A stretch of DNA of 64,000 nt, from the NCBI GenBank assembly GCA_026936335.1, contig JAPMXV010000045.1, positions 124,001-188,000 on the forward strand, read 5' to 3'. Origin of the DNA: Mantamonas sphyraenae STR306 (taxonomy: Eukaryota; Protista; CRuMs). Both the position numbers and the translations under genes were made by a program. The notes under the pieces were generated by a model that saw only the letters and a list, made by a program, of their open reading frames with translations, was not told the DNA's origin and ran no database searches. Shown here in pieces: positions 43,367-55,235 of the stretch (positions are counted from its first letter, which is position 1; every line of letters starts with the position of its first letter).

Positions 43367-45058
43367 TCATTGATAAACAAACTCGGGACGACGGTCGTCG
43401 GCAAACCAGTTCCTGGCAATGGTGTTGCCTTGCTCGCGTGCTTCGTACAGCTCGTCCAGCGATGATTCGTGTGCTGGATCGTCTGCCAGCTTGCTGTTTT
43501 TCCATGGGTTTGCCAGCAGGTACAACTCTTCGCCAATGTGTTTGCGCGGTCCCACAAAGTACAGGTGGGCCAGGTCCCCAATGTCCTGAGCCGACGTGCG
43601 ATACATGACAGGCGCCGTGTTGCGTTCAGCCTCCAGCTCGGGGTATTCCAGTTCCGGGGGTGAAAAGTGGTGGTGGTCGTCCCTGCTGTGCTCCTCCCCG
43701 CCTCCCTGGGCGTCCAGCTGCATGTCAAACAGACGGGGATCCATAAACTCCTGGTCATACAGCGTGGTCAGGTTCCAGGGCTTGGTGCGCCCAGCACCGC
43801 GACTCTCCCGATGCTCCTGCTGCTGCTGCTGATCCTCCTCGCCGTACGAGCCCATCGACATCTCCGAGGGCACAGGTGAGCCTTGCTCCGAGATGTGTGT
43901 TTGCTGTTGCTGCGATGCGTCGGTCGAGTCCATGGACATGCGCGTGTGCTCGTGTTCCTTCTCCGACTGGAATCCGTCGTCGACGTGGAAACGGACTGGA
44001 GCAGGATGGGCGGGTTGGGAAACACCCATGCTCTTGCCCTGCACAATCCAATCATGCTCTTGCTCTCGTTCCCTGGCCTGCTCCGCTTGCACATCATCCA
44101 CTGTGGCAAACGGGGCGAGGCGAGGCACGAGATCAGCACCGCGTGCGCTGGCAATGGCGGGATCCTGCGTGGCCAACTCCCTTCGCATCTGGGCATACTT
44201 GTCCATCTGTTGTTCTTGTCGCCACAGTCGCTCCTCGTCAGACTCCTCCTCCTGACCGAGCATGATGCGGCTCACGCTGCTTTCGTTCACCGTGCGACGG
44301 CGCGGCGACGGCAGCACGTACTCGCTCTGTGCCACGCCGCTCTGCCATGCACGTGCCACCAGGGTGTTGCTCATGTCGTACGTCGATCGCATCGGCATGT
44401 GCGGCGGCAGCGCATCCCACGCCTGCGCCATGCTGCGCTTGCTGCTGCGCAGTGCCTCCAGCGTCGCATGCTCCTCCTCTGCAATTGCACTGGGGATGAG
44501 GCGGGATCGGTCCACAAACTCGCTTTGGTACGACGTCAGAAAGTGCATGTCTGCCTCCTGAGCCCGTTCCTGTCGCTCCACTTCATCGGCGTACGCCTGT
44601 GCGTACGCCTGTGCCTGTGCCTCCTCTTCTGCCCACTGCTGCAGCTCCTCGTGTTCCCTCATGTATTCATCCTCCTGGTACGGCGTCGCCTCATGTGCGT
44701 CGCCTTCCTCGTTGCAATCGGCCCACGCCTGCTGCGGATGATGATGGGAAGCCGTGTGGGCCGAAAAATCGGGCATCTGAATGGGTGCGGTGTACGCTGC
44801 TTGTGCCTCCGTTTCCCATGTGCTTTCATCTGCGCTGTTGCTCGTCACGTTGCTCCACAGCAGATAGGACTGGTCGTACCGGTGCGGGAAACTGCCTTTC
44901 GCGCCAAAATCGCCAACGGCCTCCGATTCAAACGGGCCCGCTGCGTTTGCGCTGCTCAGCGCTTCATACTGGTAGTGGTCCTCAAATGCCTCCTCCTCCG
45001 GATACGCCTGTCGGTATTCCGGATGCTCCATGTAGTAGCTTCGTGTGCGATGGTCCAT
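43367..45058 (-). CDS. Hypothetical acidic, Gln/Glu-rich protein (563 aa)
   Basis: Long ATG-started ORF with host-like codon usage; no recognisable domain. Confidence 0.7.
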   Translation of the reverse strand: MDHRTRSYYMEHPEYRQAYPEEEAFEDHYQYEALSSANAAGPFESEAVGDFGAKGSFPHRYDQSYLLWSNVTSNSADESTWETEAQAAYTAPIQMPDFSAHTASHHHPQQAWADCNEEGDAHEATPYQEDEYMREHEELQQWAEEEAQAQAYAQAYADEVERQERAQEADMHFLTSYQSEFVDRSRLIPSAIAEEEHATLEALRSSKRSMAQAWDALPPHMPMRSTYDMSNTLVARAWQSGVAQSEYVLPSPRRRTVNESSVSRIMLGQEEESDEERLWRQEQQMDKYAQMRRELATQDPAIASARGADLVPRLAPFATVDDVQAEQAREREQEHDWIVQGKSMGVSQPAHPAPVRFHVDDGFQSEKEHEHTRMSMDSTDASQQQQTHISEQGSPVPSEMSMGSYGEEDQQQQQEHRESRGAGRTKPWNLTTLYDQEFMDPRLFDMQLDAQGGGEEHSRDDHHHFSPPELEYPELEAERNTAPVMYRTSAQDIGDLAHLYFVGPRKHIGEELYLLANPWKNSKLADDPAHESSLDELYEAREQGNTIARNWFADDRRPEFVYQ

Positions 45059-45426
45059 TTTTGCTCTGTGTGCTCAGTTGTTTGTTGTGTTGTCAAAAAT
45101 GGTCAATGAAATCGTCGTCTTGCGGGATTGCGCTGAAATGTGTGTGTGTTTGTTGCTGAATGTTGATGTGTGTTGGATGTGAAATGCCCGCGCGGGTTGT
45201 GTGTGATTTTGTGAGAAAGCTCCTGTGTTGCTCCAGACCTCTGCTTTCCCTGTGGTTTTGTGGTTGGCCGAGTTGCGCACACACTCTTCAAGCAAGCATG
45301 ATGCCACTGCCACATCCATGAATCCATCCAATGGGCGCTCAAACCCTCACTCTCACAGTCGATCCTCTCACCCACGCACCACATGCACATCCACGGCCAA
45401 CGCAAACACGCAGCAGCTCCTACCGC

Positions 45427-46183
45427 ATGGCAAGGCCACCTAGGTGGCTACAGGCCGTCCTCGCCCTGTCATGTCTGGGTATGGTCGTCCTTCTCGTCAC
45501 TGTTTGTGTGTCCATTGCGTATGTACCTGAGCGCAGGGTGCTCTCCCTTGCCGAACGAGCGGCTCTGCACTATCCGGCCCTGGGCAAGGATGAGTGCTAC
45601 GAAGGAGTGTTGTACGTTTCCATTCCCACACGCTTGTGCTGTGTGCCATTCCTACGCACCATCCGTTGTTCACACCTGCCTCTGTGTGTCTCGCAGTGAC
45701 CTCATATCCATCGATGCGCTCTTCCTCCTTTCGCTCCTGGGCCTCGTACCCGCCGCAGCTGCCATTGCTGCCTCCATCCTTGCCATTATCTCCTACCCTG
45801 TAACATACTACGTCCTTCCACGCCCAAAGCGCACCGTGCCCATCCTCAAACCGCTTGCCACAGCCTGGTTTGTGCTCGTGCTTGCTGCCTCGCAGGTTTG
45901 CCTTGGCATCTACGGCCTCTATGTCCTCTCCATGTGCAAGAATCAGCAAGGCAATGCGAGTGTTGTGCCTCTGGGTCGAGCCATCACCGCAGCCCATCTC
46001 ATATCTGGCACTCTCCCTGTCCTGCTCGCACTCCTCACTCTCGCGCTGACCCCATGCTATCTGTTTCTTCGCTTCCTCGGCTTTGTCGACGTCGATGACA
46101 CTGAAGAGCTCGACGGCCTCCTCGACAACGTTGACATCGACGTCGACTCCAGTTATGGGCGACAGGGGCGAATCAACGGCTGA
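45427..46183 (+). CDS. Hypothetical four-TM membrane protein, 2 exons
   Basis: Hydrophobic segments in ORFs 45331-45699 and 45383-46183 joined by an intron gtacgt (about 45612)..tcgcag (45696). Confidence 0.6.
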
Positions 46184-46198
46184 AATTGGATCACTTCT

Positions 46199-46399
46199 TC
46201 ATTTCTTCGACACCTTGCTTTTGCGCTTCCCTCTGCCCTTGCTTGGCTTTTTGTCCCCTTCTGCCTCTCCATCCCGCCCCTCCTGCTCTTTGTCCTTCTC
46301 AGCCGCCGCCGCCGCCGCTGCAACCGGGCCGACGTCCTGCTTTTGTTCCCCCTCGTCCTGATCTTCTTGCCCCTTGCCCTTCTTGTGCTCCTCTTCATG

Positions 46400-46433
<34 letters not shown>

Positions 46434-49400
46434 TGCTGCTGCTCCTCTTCTTGCTCCTGCTCGGTTCCTACCTCTTCTCCGTGCTGCCCTTTCCTCCGTT
46501 GGCCCTTCTTCCAGCCAATCTCGCCGACTGGCTTCTGCTTGGCAAGCTTGACTGTGCGTTTGCGAGGATCAACCTCGTTTTCTGCCTCTGCCACCATGCC
46601 CATGCCCAGGTTGACCCTGTCTTCGCGTGGCGAAATCAGGATGGGTTCGTTGCCAGCCCCGTAGTCGTCCACAAACTCCTCCCGCGGCAATTGCTCGCGG
46701 AAGCCTTCACGCACCATCTGCCGAAACGGGAAGCGAGGGTTGTTCAGTGGCTCGTCGGTGTCCACCTTTGTGCTCACATACTCTCTCGAGTCGCCGTAGA
46801 TGTCCCGTGTGGTGCGATCCTTGCCCACCAGACCCCCCCCGCTGCCTCGTGACTTGCGCAGGATCTCATTGTGTGTCCGCTTGCTTTCCGACAACGCCTC
46901 CAGAAACTCCCGTCGCAACTTGCGCTCACTATAGTGCGACTGCACATGATCATACCGCGGCGCACGCGGCAACGGCTGCTGCTGCTGTTGCTGCTGCTGT
47001 TGCTTCCTCTTCTTGGTCGTCGCCGTTTTGCCCCTTCGCTTCTTGCCCGTGCTCGCACGCGATCCCGCACGCGATCCCGCTCGCGACAGCGACGACGACG
47101 TTCCTTTTCGTGCACGCGGGTCATTCAGTCCAATGTCGGGCAGGGCGCCGTCGTTCTGTTGTCGTTCCCGCAGCAGCGGGTTGATGTCCTCATCGTCTGC
47201 TACCTCGCCCTCCTGCGGTGCACCACTACTGGCCTTTCGCTGTTTGCCATTGGGTGCGGTTTTTGCTCGCTTGCGTCCGTTTGCCTTGCGTCGCTTCACG
47301 CTGACCGTCTTTGGCCGTCCATTGATGTCGTAGCCCACCACACGCCTGCCTGCAAGCTGTTTGCGTTGTGCCTTGCGCTCTGCATCGCGCATGATTGCCT
47401 GTGTGGCCTCCACCTCCCCCATGGGCTGGTGCTTCAGCCGTTCAGGCACTTCCAAGTACCGTCGTTGCGGCCGATTGCGTCCCCGTACCCCTTCCTCCTC
47501 TTGTGTTGGTTCCGCACAGTAGTCCATCAGATACGCGTCCACCTCATCGTACGCTCCCGGGATGCTCGCCAGCCACGCCAGTGCATCCTCCGAAAACTTG
47601 GCCTCAAACGGATCCGCAGGCGGCGTCTTTTCGCCTCCGTCGTCCGTCTCTCCGTCGGACGCTGTCCAACCATCGTCGCCCTCGGTGCCATAGTGTTGGT
47701 GGTGATGATGACGCGCGTGGTGCTGGCCTTTGGGACTGTGTTCGTTGGGTGACACGTGGCTGTTGCGCGACACACCCCGTTGCAACAGTGAACCACCACC
47801 CTGCCCACGCTGATGGTGTTGGTGGCTGTGCGGCGACCCGTCGCTTCCACCCGACGCACTCAGCGGACGATACTCGCGCATCTGGAACGTCTCCAGGGGC
47901 ATGTCTGTCACCTCCCGTGTGATCTCTGGTGTCAACGAACGCATCTGAGCAGCCTTGCGGCGTGCCAGCCGTTCGTTTGCACCCAACAAGTGGCCATCGC
48001 TGCTGCTCTGCCCCTGCCTCGCCATACCTCCGCTGCTGTTTCCTCCCTGCGCTTCCTCCTCGTCCTCGTCATCTTCCACAGTGTGCACCACGACCAATCC
48101 AGCCGACCCCGACGCACTGTCCCCCATGGCGATGCCACCCACCGCTTCGTCGTCCAACCCACCCGCATCCTCGCCTGCAAACCGCACTCGCGATCCGCTA
48201 CGTGACGAGGGCGCGCTATTGTCGCCAATCACCCCCGCTTGTCGATCCATCTCACTCAAACGACCCGGTTCCAAGTCCTTACGAGCCACCCTGGCTGCAC
48301 TGTTCACCCCATCCGCGTGCTTGCCGCCACGCATCCGCTCCGATTTCCCGCCACCACCGCCACCACCACCACCGACCTCACCACCTTGTCGACCACCCAC
48401 GTCTTGTGCAGGTGACGATTCATCACCCATCCCTCCCACATTGCTACTGCTGCTGCTGCTGCCACTGCTGCTGTTGTTGATGTGTTGCACCTCCAGGTCA
48501 AAGTCATACTCGTCTTCAAAGTCGGGCGAGTAGGACGTGTGCATGCCTGTGTGATGCAATCCACCACCGCTTGTTGTGCCTGTGCCTGTGCCTGCACCGC
48601 CTGCGCCTCCACTGCTTCCCGGACGCGCAGCCTCGCTCGTCCATTCTTCCACGTCAAAGAGCATGTGCTTGCTGAGATCACCCTGCACGGGCTGCTTGGG
48701 AGGCGCGTGCAACGCATGGAGCATGTGATCCACCTCGTGCTCTTCCAAACCCAGGTCCGTCAGCCGTGCGTGCACCTCTGCCAGGAACCCGTCGTCAAAG
48801 TTGAAATCCCGTTGGCTGGCTTCTTGCAACACTTGCGCCCTGCGCAGCGCTTGCCGGTAATCCTTGCGCGGGTTGCAGTTGTAGGCCAGTTCGTAGTGGA
48901 GCACACAGGCGTCGAGGGAGCCCAGGTGGAACAGGGCTTCTGCCTTGAGGAACTGGGCCTCGCTGTACAGCTTGCGTTCGCGCAGCACAAGTTCCGCGTC
49001 CGCCAGAGCCAGCTGGTACATTTTCATCTTGAGGAAACAACGTGCACGCATACAAAGCACAGGCATGGCCTTGGGATCAATGACCAGAGCCTTGGAGAAG
49101 CATGCACACGCGCGTACGGGCTCGTTTTCCTCCAGGTGCAGCTTGCCCTTTTGAATCAGTCCGCTCACCTGGGTGAACTTGGGTTGCGTCATGGCCACGC
49201 AGTTGTATGCGTTCTCCCACACATGCTCTCCCATCTTTTCGTCCATTGTCGGCGCCACCGTCAGCTTCTCCAGGCCCCGCTGGCTCGTTTTTGCGGCAAC
49301 GGTCGATTGAAGGGCATCCTCAGGCAAGCCCGTCTTCCTTGACACCGGAATCAGCTTGTTTCGCGACCGAGGCGTCGTCGACAGCAGCTGCTTCTCCAGA

Positions 49401-49474
49401 CTCACGCTTTCCAACTCCTTTTTCCGCTCTGCGATCGTCTGCCTCCAGATCCACGAGTCCCGCTCCTCGGCCAT
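46199..49474 (-). CDS. TPR protein with a TTC25/ODAD4-like N-terminal TPR block and a long disordered tail
   Basis: FSKAL..LCMRARCFLKM..ALADAE..KAEALFHLG..YRQALRRAQ resembles the TTC25 N-terminal TPRs. Confidence 0.65.
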
Positions 49475-49532
49475 GGCTTTGCGTGCGCGGTTTTGGCCCC
49501 CCCCGCGCCAACCCAAACAGCCCACCGCCAAC

Positions 49533-52500
49533 ATGCACCGCGCACATTGCCCATCCTCTCGTGTTGCATTGTACATATCCTTCGGTGTGATGCTGCTTTT
49601 GTGCATGCAGGGACCCCTTGTCGGGGTCCAGGGCTCCCAGAGCGCGGGTGCTGGCGCCTTTGCAGGGGCAACTGCCTTTGTGACGCAGCAGGCCATGGAC
49701 CAGGCACCCACACAGTACGCAGGGGTCATCCAAAGCCTGGTGGCCCAGATGCAAGCGGAGCCGTGGCCCAACGTGCACGACAACGGCCACGGGTGCCATG
49801 TGGAATGGTCAGTGACCGGAAGCAAGGCCGTGAAAACAATCAGCATCAATCCAGGCACACTCAAGGCAACCATTGTGGCGGGAGGCGTACAGGTGAATGC
49901 TGTGGTGCATGTGGTGTCCCGTATGCCTGCGTTCCTGCGGCCGTGCAAGCGCTTCATCTTTTGCTTCTGCAAGACGCTGTGCGACGGCGAGGTGACGGTG
50001 ACCGCAGACGTGGCCACCCAGATTACGTTTTACATGACACTGCAGAAGAATGGGAGCATCCTGGTGACGAGCAAGAGTGCACTGACGTATCCGACGCAGC
50101 CGCAGATTGCAGGCTGTTCGCATCCCACGGGCATCATGAGTTGGTTTGTGTCGTGGAAGGACATTGTCAACGACATTGCCCAGCAGGTGCAGGCGGCGGC
50201 CGTGGGCCAACTCAACCAGAATTTCAATGTGCCACAGACCTTCAGTCCCTACTCGGACGTGTTCATCACCTACACGCCCACGGGCATCAGCATTGCCCCC
50301 TCGCAGCACATCCTGCTGCCCACACACACCCTGGTGCAGGCACAAGTCATGCGAGCCGGCAAACATGTCAACTTGACGTATGTGGACACAAGCGCTGCGG
50401 ATGCAGCCATGCTCCCACCCACCACTTGGAACACCACGTCCCACCCGGACGCCCTGTATCTGCTCACGGGCCTGCGCATCTCATCTACGATGATGACTGC
50501 GCTCATGTGGGCAGGCGACGTGACGGGTGCGTTCCAGTACGATCACCAGACGCGGGTGCTGGACGCCCACCTGCAGTTTGGCCTGGGGTTTGCGCCACCG
50601 GACGTCATTGTGCCGTCCAACTCCCACCTCAACTTTAGCATTGGACATGGGTACATCAACGCCACGTGTGCCAATGTGGGTGCAGTGTACGGCCACGTGC
50701 TGCTGGACTTTTTCTTCTTTCATCTCACCGGCGGCGGAGCGGTGAAAGCCACGTACAACAAGAGCAACCACGACCCGGGCTTTGTGCTTTCCGTGCTGGG
50801 ATTCGACACAAACACAGTCAACATGACGCTCAAGGCGCCACGCATCCCGTTGCCCACGGTGGTGATTGACACCATCCTCAAGGACCTGATTGACGACTTT
50901 GTGCCCGTGCTCAACGACTGGATGGCAGGACACCCATTCCTCATGCCCGAAAAGATTGCCAAGTACATGCCCAACCCACAGGTGGAGCTGGAGAACCAGC
51001 CGGGATGTTGCAACGGCACACACGGCTATGTGCAACTCGACACCTACTGCAAGTGCGGCGGCGGCAACTCGGCCCTCCATTGGGCGCCGTGCAACTTCAA
51101 ATGCACCGCACAGGACGGCAGTGTCGTACAACCCCCGAACCCAGCGCAGTCTGCCGCCGCCGCGCTGGTGCAGGCACCGTCGTGGGAGACCATGTGGGAA
51201 GCCATGTGGACGCCGACGATGGCGACGACGGAGGGGAGTCACTCGGGTACGGGTGCGTACTCGGCGGTGTCGTACGATGGATTGTTTGTGTCCATTTTTG
51301 ACAGCATTGTGAGTGAGAGTGCGACCAACACGCAGTGTTCGCTGTTCCATGTGGGCGACACCATGGCCATGGTGTATCTGCCAGCCACGGGTGGCGCATG
51401 CATGCCCATCGACCCTCAGGTGGGCCACGAGGACAATTACACGTTGTACTACAGTCTGACCACAGATGGAGCCGGCCAAGTCAGCCACGCAGCGCTGATG
51501 TGCTTCAACCCGGACTGCTCCGGCGCCTGTGCCTTGCCACCCGGCAGTGTGTACCAAGCAGGCCTTTGCTACCACAGTTCCGACTCGCAGCTGAGTTTCG
51601 TGTTGCAACCCGGAGCCGCGGGCAACCCGTGCGTGGGCGGAGCCGGGCAGGCGGCCACTCGCTCGCTGCTGTTTGGACGCTACCTCAACACGGCGACGTG
51701 TGGATTCAACACCACGTCACCCAAACCGGCCATGGTGACGAATCTGACCAACATCCACCCGCCCGACTCGTCGCACTGTCAACCCGTGGGCAATCCTGAT
51801 CAGGACAGCGCCAAGCCAAGCCTGTACGTCAACGTGCAGTACAACGCCACCACAGAACTGTTCAACGTCCAACTTTGGTGCGACCCCGGTTGTTCCACGT
51901 GTCGCATGAATCTGATGGGCATGCGCGAGGCCACGTGTTTCCAAACGGGCGCCGATGCGGCCGCCGTGCTTTCCCGCGGCTCCTCCGTGCCCAGCTGCGC
52001 CTCACTCGTCCCTCCGCCACCGCCCACGCCGATCAACCCACCCGTGCCTCCCCATCCAACCGATCTGCGCTGGCTGTACATTGTGCTGGGGGTGGGCCTG
52101 CTGGTGATGTCCGTGCTCCTGTATCGCAACCCGCGGTCCCACGCCGCGTGCGACGGCATCTTGCACATCATTGGGGTTGCTTTGTCAGCCTCTGTCCTGT
52201 CTGTGCGTCACCACGTCGTGCGTACGTGGCAGGCAACGCGCACGTGGTTTCGCGAGTCGATTGGATGGGCACGTGGGCCGCTGGCACCATCCAAGCTGGA
52301 ACACAGCCAGATACGCCGGATGATGCTTGTGGTGGTCGCTCTTGGGGCCCTGTTGGTGCTTTGGTACCTGCGCAATCCGTTTGAGCTGTTTGAAAACTCG
52401 TTGAGCCAACAGCTGGGATTGCCCATCAGCAACAGCGACACGCCACCCACACAGGGCAACAGCACCGTTGTGTTGGATCATTCCGTGCACGACTTTTACG

Positions 52501-55211
52501 CCCCGTGGGCGTTGGCCGCCAAGGCTGTGGCATGGGTCCTTGCACTGGGCGTGCTCCTGGTCGCCCTTGTGCGTCTGGTGTGGATTCGCCCACGCACCGA
52601 TCGCGATTGGCGTGTGGCTCGCTTGCTCACCCTGGCCTCGGTGCTGGCCATCCAATTGCTGCTCTTTGTGGTGCCGCCCCTGTTCTACGCCCTCAAGGAC
52701 AGCATTGTCATCCACGTGCAGCCAGGCCCAGGCCATTTCATTCTCGGCTCCCAGCGCGTGCGTCACGTCCTCGACGAAGTGCTGGGCTGGGGCTTTACGG
52801 GCGTCTCACTCACCTACCTCAGCAACCTCTTTGTGTTTCTGGCCTGGGCCATGCCAGCGGGCATTTACGTCGCCTCTGTGTACTTTCTGGCCGGCGACAC
52901 CCCGTCCGAGTGGCCCTCGTACGCCCAACGTGCCTCTGTGCTGCGTCGCATGCGCTTTGTCATTGTCCTCTCCCATCTCGTGGGGCCTGTCAGCTGTACG
53001 CTGCCGGTCATCATCCTGTACCAATCGTTTGGCGTGGATCTGGCTTGGATTCTCACCTGGACCGCAGGTTGGGCCATCCCGTTTGTGTTTTACGCCCATT
53101 TGCGCTATCTGTGTGAGCGTGCGGTGGCATGCACCACGTTGCCGGAGGGCGATGCGCAGGATGAGGAGTTGCGTTCCATTCGCAACATGTGTCTCATCAA
53201 CCTCATGCTGTACTTTGAGGTGTACGCCGTGGCTACGGGACTGATCATGCATGGCGAACACACACACAGCGTGGACGTCTCATTCTTGCTGACTCTACAG
53301 ATCAGCGTTTTCGTCACCACCACCATGCTGGCCAGTCTCACCCTCGACCACGCACGCAAGCGACCCGAAGACAAGCCCACACGTATGACCATGCGTGTGC
53401 CAGGCAGCCATACCCTGTACCAATCCATGGAATTCGACGACGACAACGACGACGACGATGGGTACGGCAAGGCGAACGCCGATGGGCCACTGTCCGCCAA
53501 ATACGGGCCACCGCTCACCGCAACCACCGGCGACGACGATGGCAGCAGTGACAGCGATGGCAACGGACACGTGGAGGAGGAGGAGGACGAAGACGAGGAC
53601 GCGGACGGACGCGTAGGCGGAGAAGAGGAGGAGGACGACCTCACATACGACTTTGCCTCGTCCACGGGATCGATCAACAGCAGCAGCAGCAGCAGCGGAC
53701 ACGTGCCCGGGTACGGACGGGCGACCATGACAGACAGGGATCGGGAGCGCGGAGTGGACACACAGCCACTGTTGAGTGGCAACGCAAGCGTGGTGAGTGG
53801 AAGCAGCGCAGGAAGCGGGGGCAGTGGAGGAAGGTCGCACAAGGGCAGGCGTGGACGACGCGGATCGGTGGGATCGCACACGTCGGAAAGCAGCGCCAGC
53901 AGTGCGTCGACGGATTCGACAGCATACTCGATCAGCGAACCGATCACGGCCCGACGTGCAGCACGTATGCGACGCAAGCTGCGGGAGGTGGAAGAAGAAC
54001 AGGAACGGATGCAAATGACGCAGTTTGGTGCGTCGTTTGTGCGTCTGTGGCACTTTGTCAGCGAGAAGCACGAACGTGCCGATCCAGAAACGTACGGTGA
54101 GCGCGTGCACTTTCGTAGGCTGTTCTTGATCATTGGACTGGTCTTTTACGGCTACCTGACTTTCCACGAGGTGGAAATTGTGAACAGCATAAGCGTAAAG
54201 GAGCAGGTGAAGCAGTGGCTGGCCACGAGTGGGATTGGGCTGACGTGGCCTGATGACGGCCACGGGGGAACCATCTTTGACGAGGCGTTTGAGTTGTACG
54301 GCCAAGCACGTGACACGGCCACAACACTGATGGTTGTATCGTGGTGCCTGTTGTGTCTGTCGCTGTTGATGGATGTGGCATGGCGTGTGAAGCGAGGCCT
54401 GCGTTTCTCACGCATGTTTGCCTACGCAGGCGTGTGCTGCCTGTACCTGGCTGTGCTGGCACCAGCCATGCCCAACTACTTGCGAGCCACTCACGTGGAC
54501 CAGATTGTGCCTGCGTGTGCACCCAAGTTTGACGCCATGATTCAGCTCATTGCAGGAGACATGGTGGGCATCTTCTGTTCCGCCTTCTTTGCTCTCCAGC
54601 TTCTCCCTTTGCTGTTGGCCCTGACGCCCAGTCTCGTGCGTGCTTCGTCGCTCATTCTGCTCGAGCAGGCCGGACTGCCGCAACGCTATCTGATTCTCGG
54701 GGAACAGGTGACTCAGGAGCGCAGCGGGCGATACCAGCGCCGCAAGAAGCATTGGTACAGCTTCCTGTTGGATGAGGACATCAAACACGAGCTCATCTAC
54801 CAGGAGGACGACGCAATCCGGGAAAAGATGAACAGCGTGCGCTGGGTGTTTCTGTTTGCCTCTGTGCTGACTCTGCTGGTCACCTGTCTGTCGCTGACGA
54901 TTGTCAACCAGCTGTTCCCGGACAAGGTGGTGGGATCCATGATTGCCCTGTTCTGGACCCTGCCCTTTGCCTGTGCTTCGCTGATCTTTGTGGCACGATC
55001 GCAAAAGGCCCTCTCCTACGCCTACCTCGCCTTTCTCTGGACCTACTGCATCCCCTTGCTGGTCATCATTTTCTACGAGGCAGCCAAGCATGGGCAAACC
55101 CATTGGGTGATCAACCAGCTCAAGTCGTTCAGCTTCTGGGCTGAGGCGCTTGCTGAGTGGTGTTTGGCCAATGTGGTGTTGGCGGATGTGTTGTACAGCG
55201 AATTGTTGTGA
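49533..55211 (+). CDS. Very large multipass membrane protein: signal peptide, BPI/LBP (TULIP)-like ectodomain, Cys-rich repeats, two homologous multi-TM modules; start may be 49473
   Basis: Intronless 1951-codon ORF with a hydrophobic leader, a BPI-like pattern (AFVTQQAMD..; ILKDLIDDFVPVLNDWMAGHPFLMP..GYVQL), C-x-x-x-CS repeats and duplicated TM blocks separated by an acidic loop. Confidence 0.75.
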   Translation: MHRAHCPSSRVALYISFGVMLLLCMQGPLVGVQGSQSAGAGAFAGATAFVTQQAMDQAPTQYAGVIQSLVAQMQAEPWPNVHDNGHGCHVEWSVTGSKAVKTISINPGTLKATIVAGGVQVNAVVHVVSRMPAFLRPCKRFIFCFCKTLCDGEVTVTADVATQITFYMTLQKNGSILVTSKSALTYPTQPQIAGCSHPTGIMSWFVSWKDIVNDIAQQVQAAAVGQLNQNFNVPQTFSPYSDVFITYTPTGISIAPSQHILLPTHTLVQAQVMRAGKHVNLTYVDTSAADAAMLPPTTWNTTSHPDALYLLTGLRISSTMMTALMWAGDVTGAFQYDHQTRVLDAHLQFGLGFAPPDVIVPSNSHLNFSIGHGYINATCANVGAVYGHVLLDFFFFHLTGGGAVKATYNKSNHDPGFVLSVLGFDTNTVNMTLKAPRIPLPTVVIDTILKDLIDDFVPVLNDWMAGHPFLMPEKIAKYMPNPQVELENQPGCCNGTHGYVQLDTYCKCGGGNSALHWAPCNFKCTAQDGSVVQPPNPAQSAAAALVQAPSWETMWEAMWTPTMATTEGSHSGTGAYSAVSYDGLFVSIFDSIVSESATNTQCSLFHVGDTMAMVYLPATGGACMPIDPQVGHEDNYTLYYSLTTDGAGQVSHAALMCFNPDCSGACALPPGSVYQAGLCYHSSDSQLSFVLQPGAAGNPCVGGAGQAATRSLLFGRYLNTATCGFNTTSPKPAMVTNLTNIHPPDSSHCQPVGNPDQDSAKPSLYVNVQYNATTELFNVQLWCDPGCSTCRMNLMGMREATCFQTGADAAAVLSRGSSVPSCASLVPPPPPTPINPPVPPHPTDLRWLYIVLGVGLLVMSVLLYRNPRSHAACDGILHIIGVALSASVLSVRHHVVRTWQATRTWFRESIGWARGPLAPSKLEHSQIRRMMLVVVALGALLVLWYLRNPFELFENSLSQQLGLPISNSDTPPTQGNSTVVLDHSVHDFYAPWALAAKAVAWVLALGVLLVALVRLVWIRPRTDRDWRVARLLTLASVLAIQLLLFVVPPLFYALKDSIVIHVQPGPGHFILGSQRVRHVLDEVLGWGFTGVSLTYLSNLFVFLAWAMPAGIYVASVYFLAGDTPSEWPSYAQRASVLRRMRFVIVLSHLVGPVSCTLPVIILYQSFGVDLAWILTWTAGWAIPFVFYAHLRYLCERAVACTTLPEGDAQDEELRSIRNMCLINLMLYFEVYAVATGLIMHGEHTHSVDVSFLLTLQISVFVTTTMLASLTLDHARKRPEDKPTRMTMRVPGSHTLYQSMEFDDDNDDDDGYGKANADGPLSAKYGPPLTATTGDDDGSSDSDGNGHVEEEEDEDEDADGRVGGEEEEDDLTYDFASSTGSINSSSSSSGHVPGYGRATMTDRDRERGVDTQPLLSGNASVVSGSSAGSGGSGGRSHKGRRGRRGSVGSHTSESSASSASTDSTAYSISEPITARRAARMRRKLREVEEEQERMQMTQFGASFVRLWHFVSEKHERADPETYGERVHFRRLFLIIGLVFYGYLTFHEVEIVNSISVKEQVKQWLATSGIGLTWPDDGHGGTIFDEAFELYGQARDTATTLMVVSWCLLCLSLLMDVAWRVKRGLRFSRMFAYAGVCCLYLAVLAPAMPNYLRATHVDQIVPACAPKFDAMIQLIAGDMVGIFCSAFFALQLLPLLLALTPSLVRASSLILLEQAGLPQRYLILGEQVTQERSGRYQRRKKHWYSFLLDEDIKHELIYQEDDAIREKMNSVRWVFLFASVLTLLVTCLSLTIVNQLFPDKVVGSMIALFWTLPFACASLIFVARSQKALSYAYLAFLWTYCIPLLVIIFYEAAKHGQTHWVINQLKSFSFWAEALAEWCLANVVLADVLYSELL

Positions 55212-55235
55212 TTCATTCGTTGAGTGTGGAGCGGT

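Noticed and set aside
49356-50017. A 660-bp overlap between the 1272-aa and 1951-aa ORFs as true dual coding
   Set aside because: The extensions come from non-ATG or upstream open frames. Plausible starts lie at 49474 and 49473/49533.
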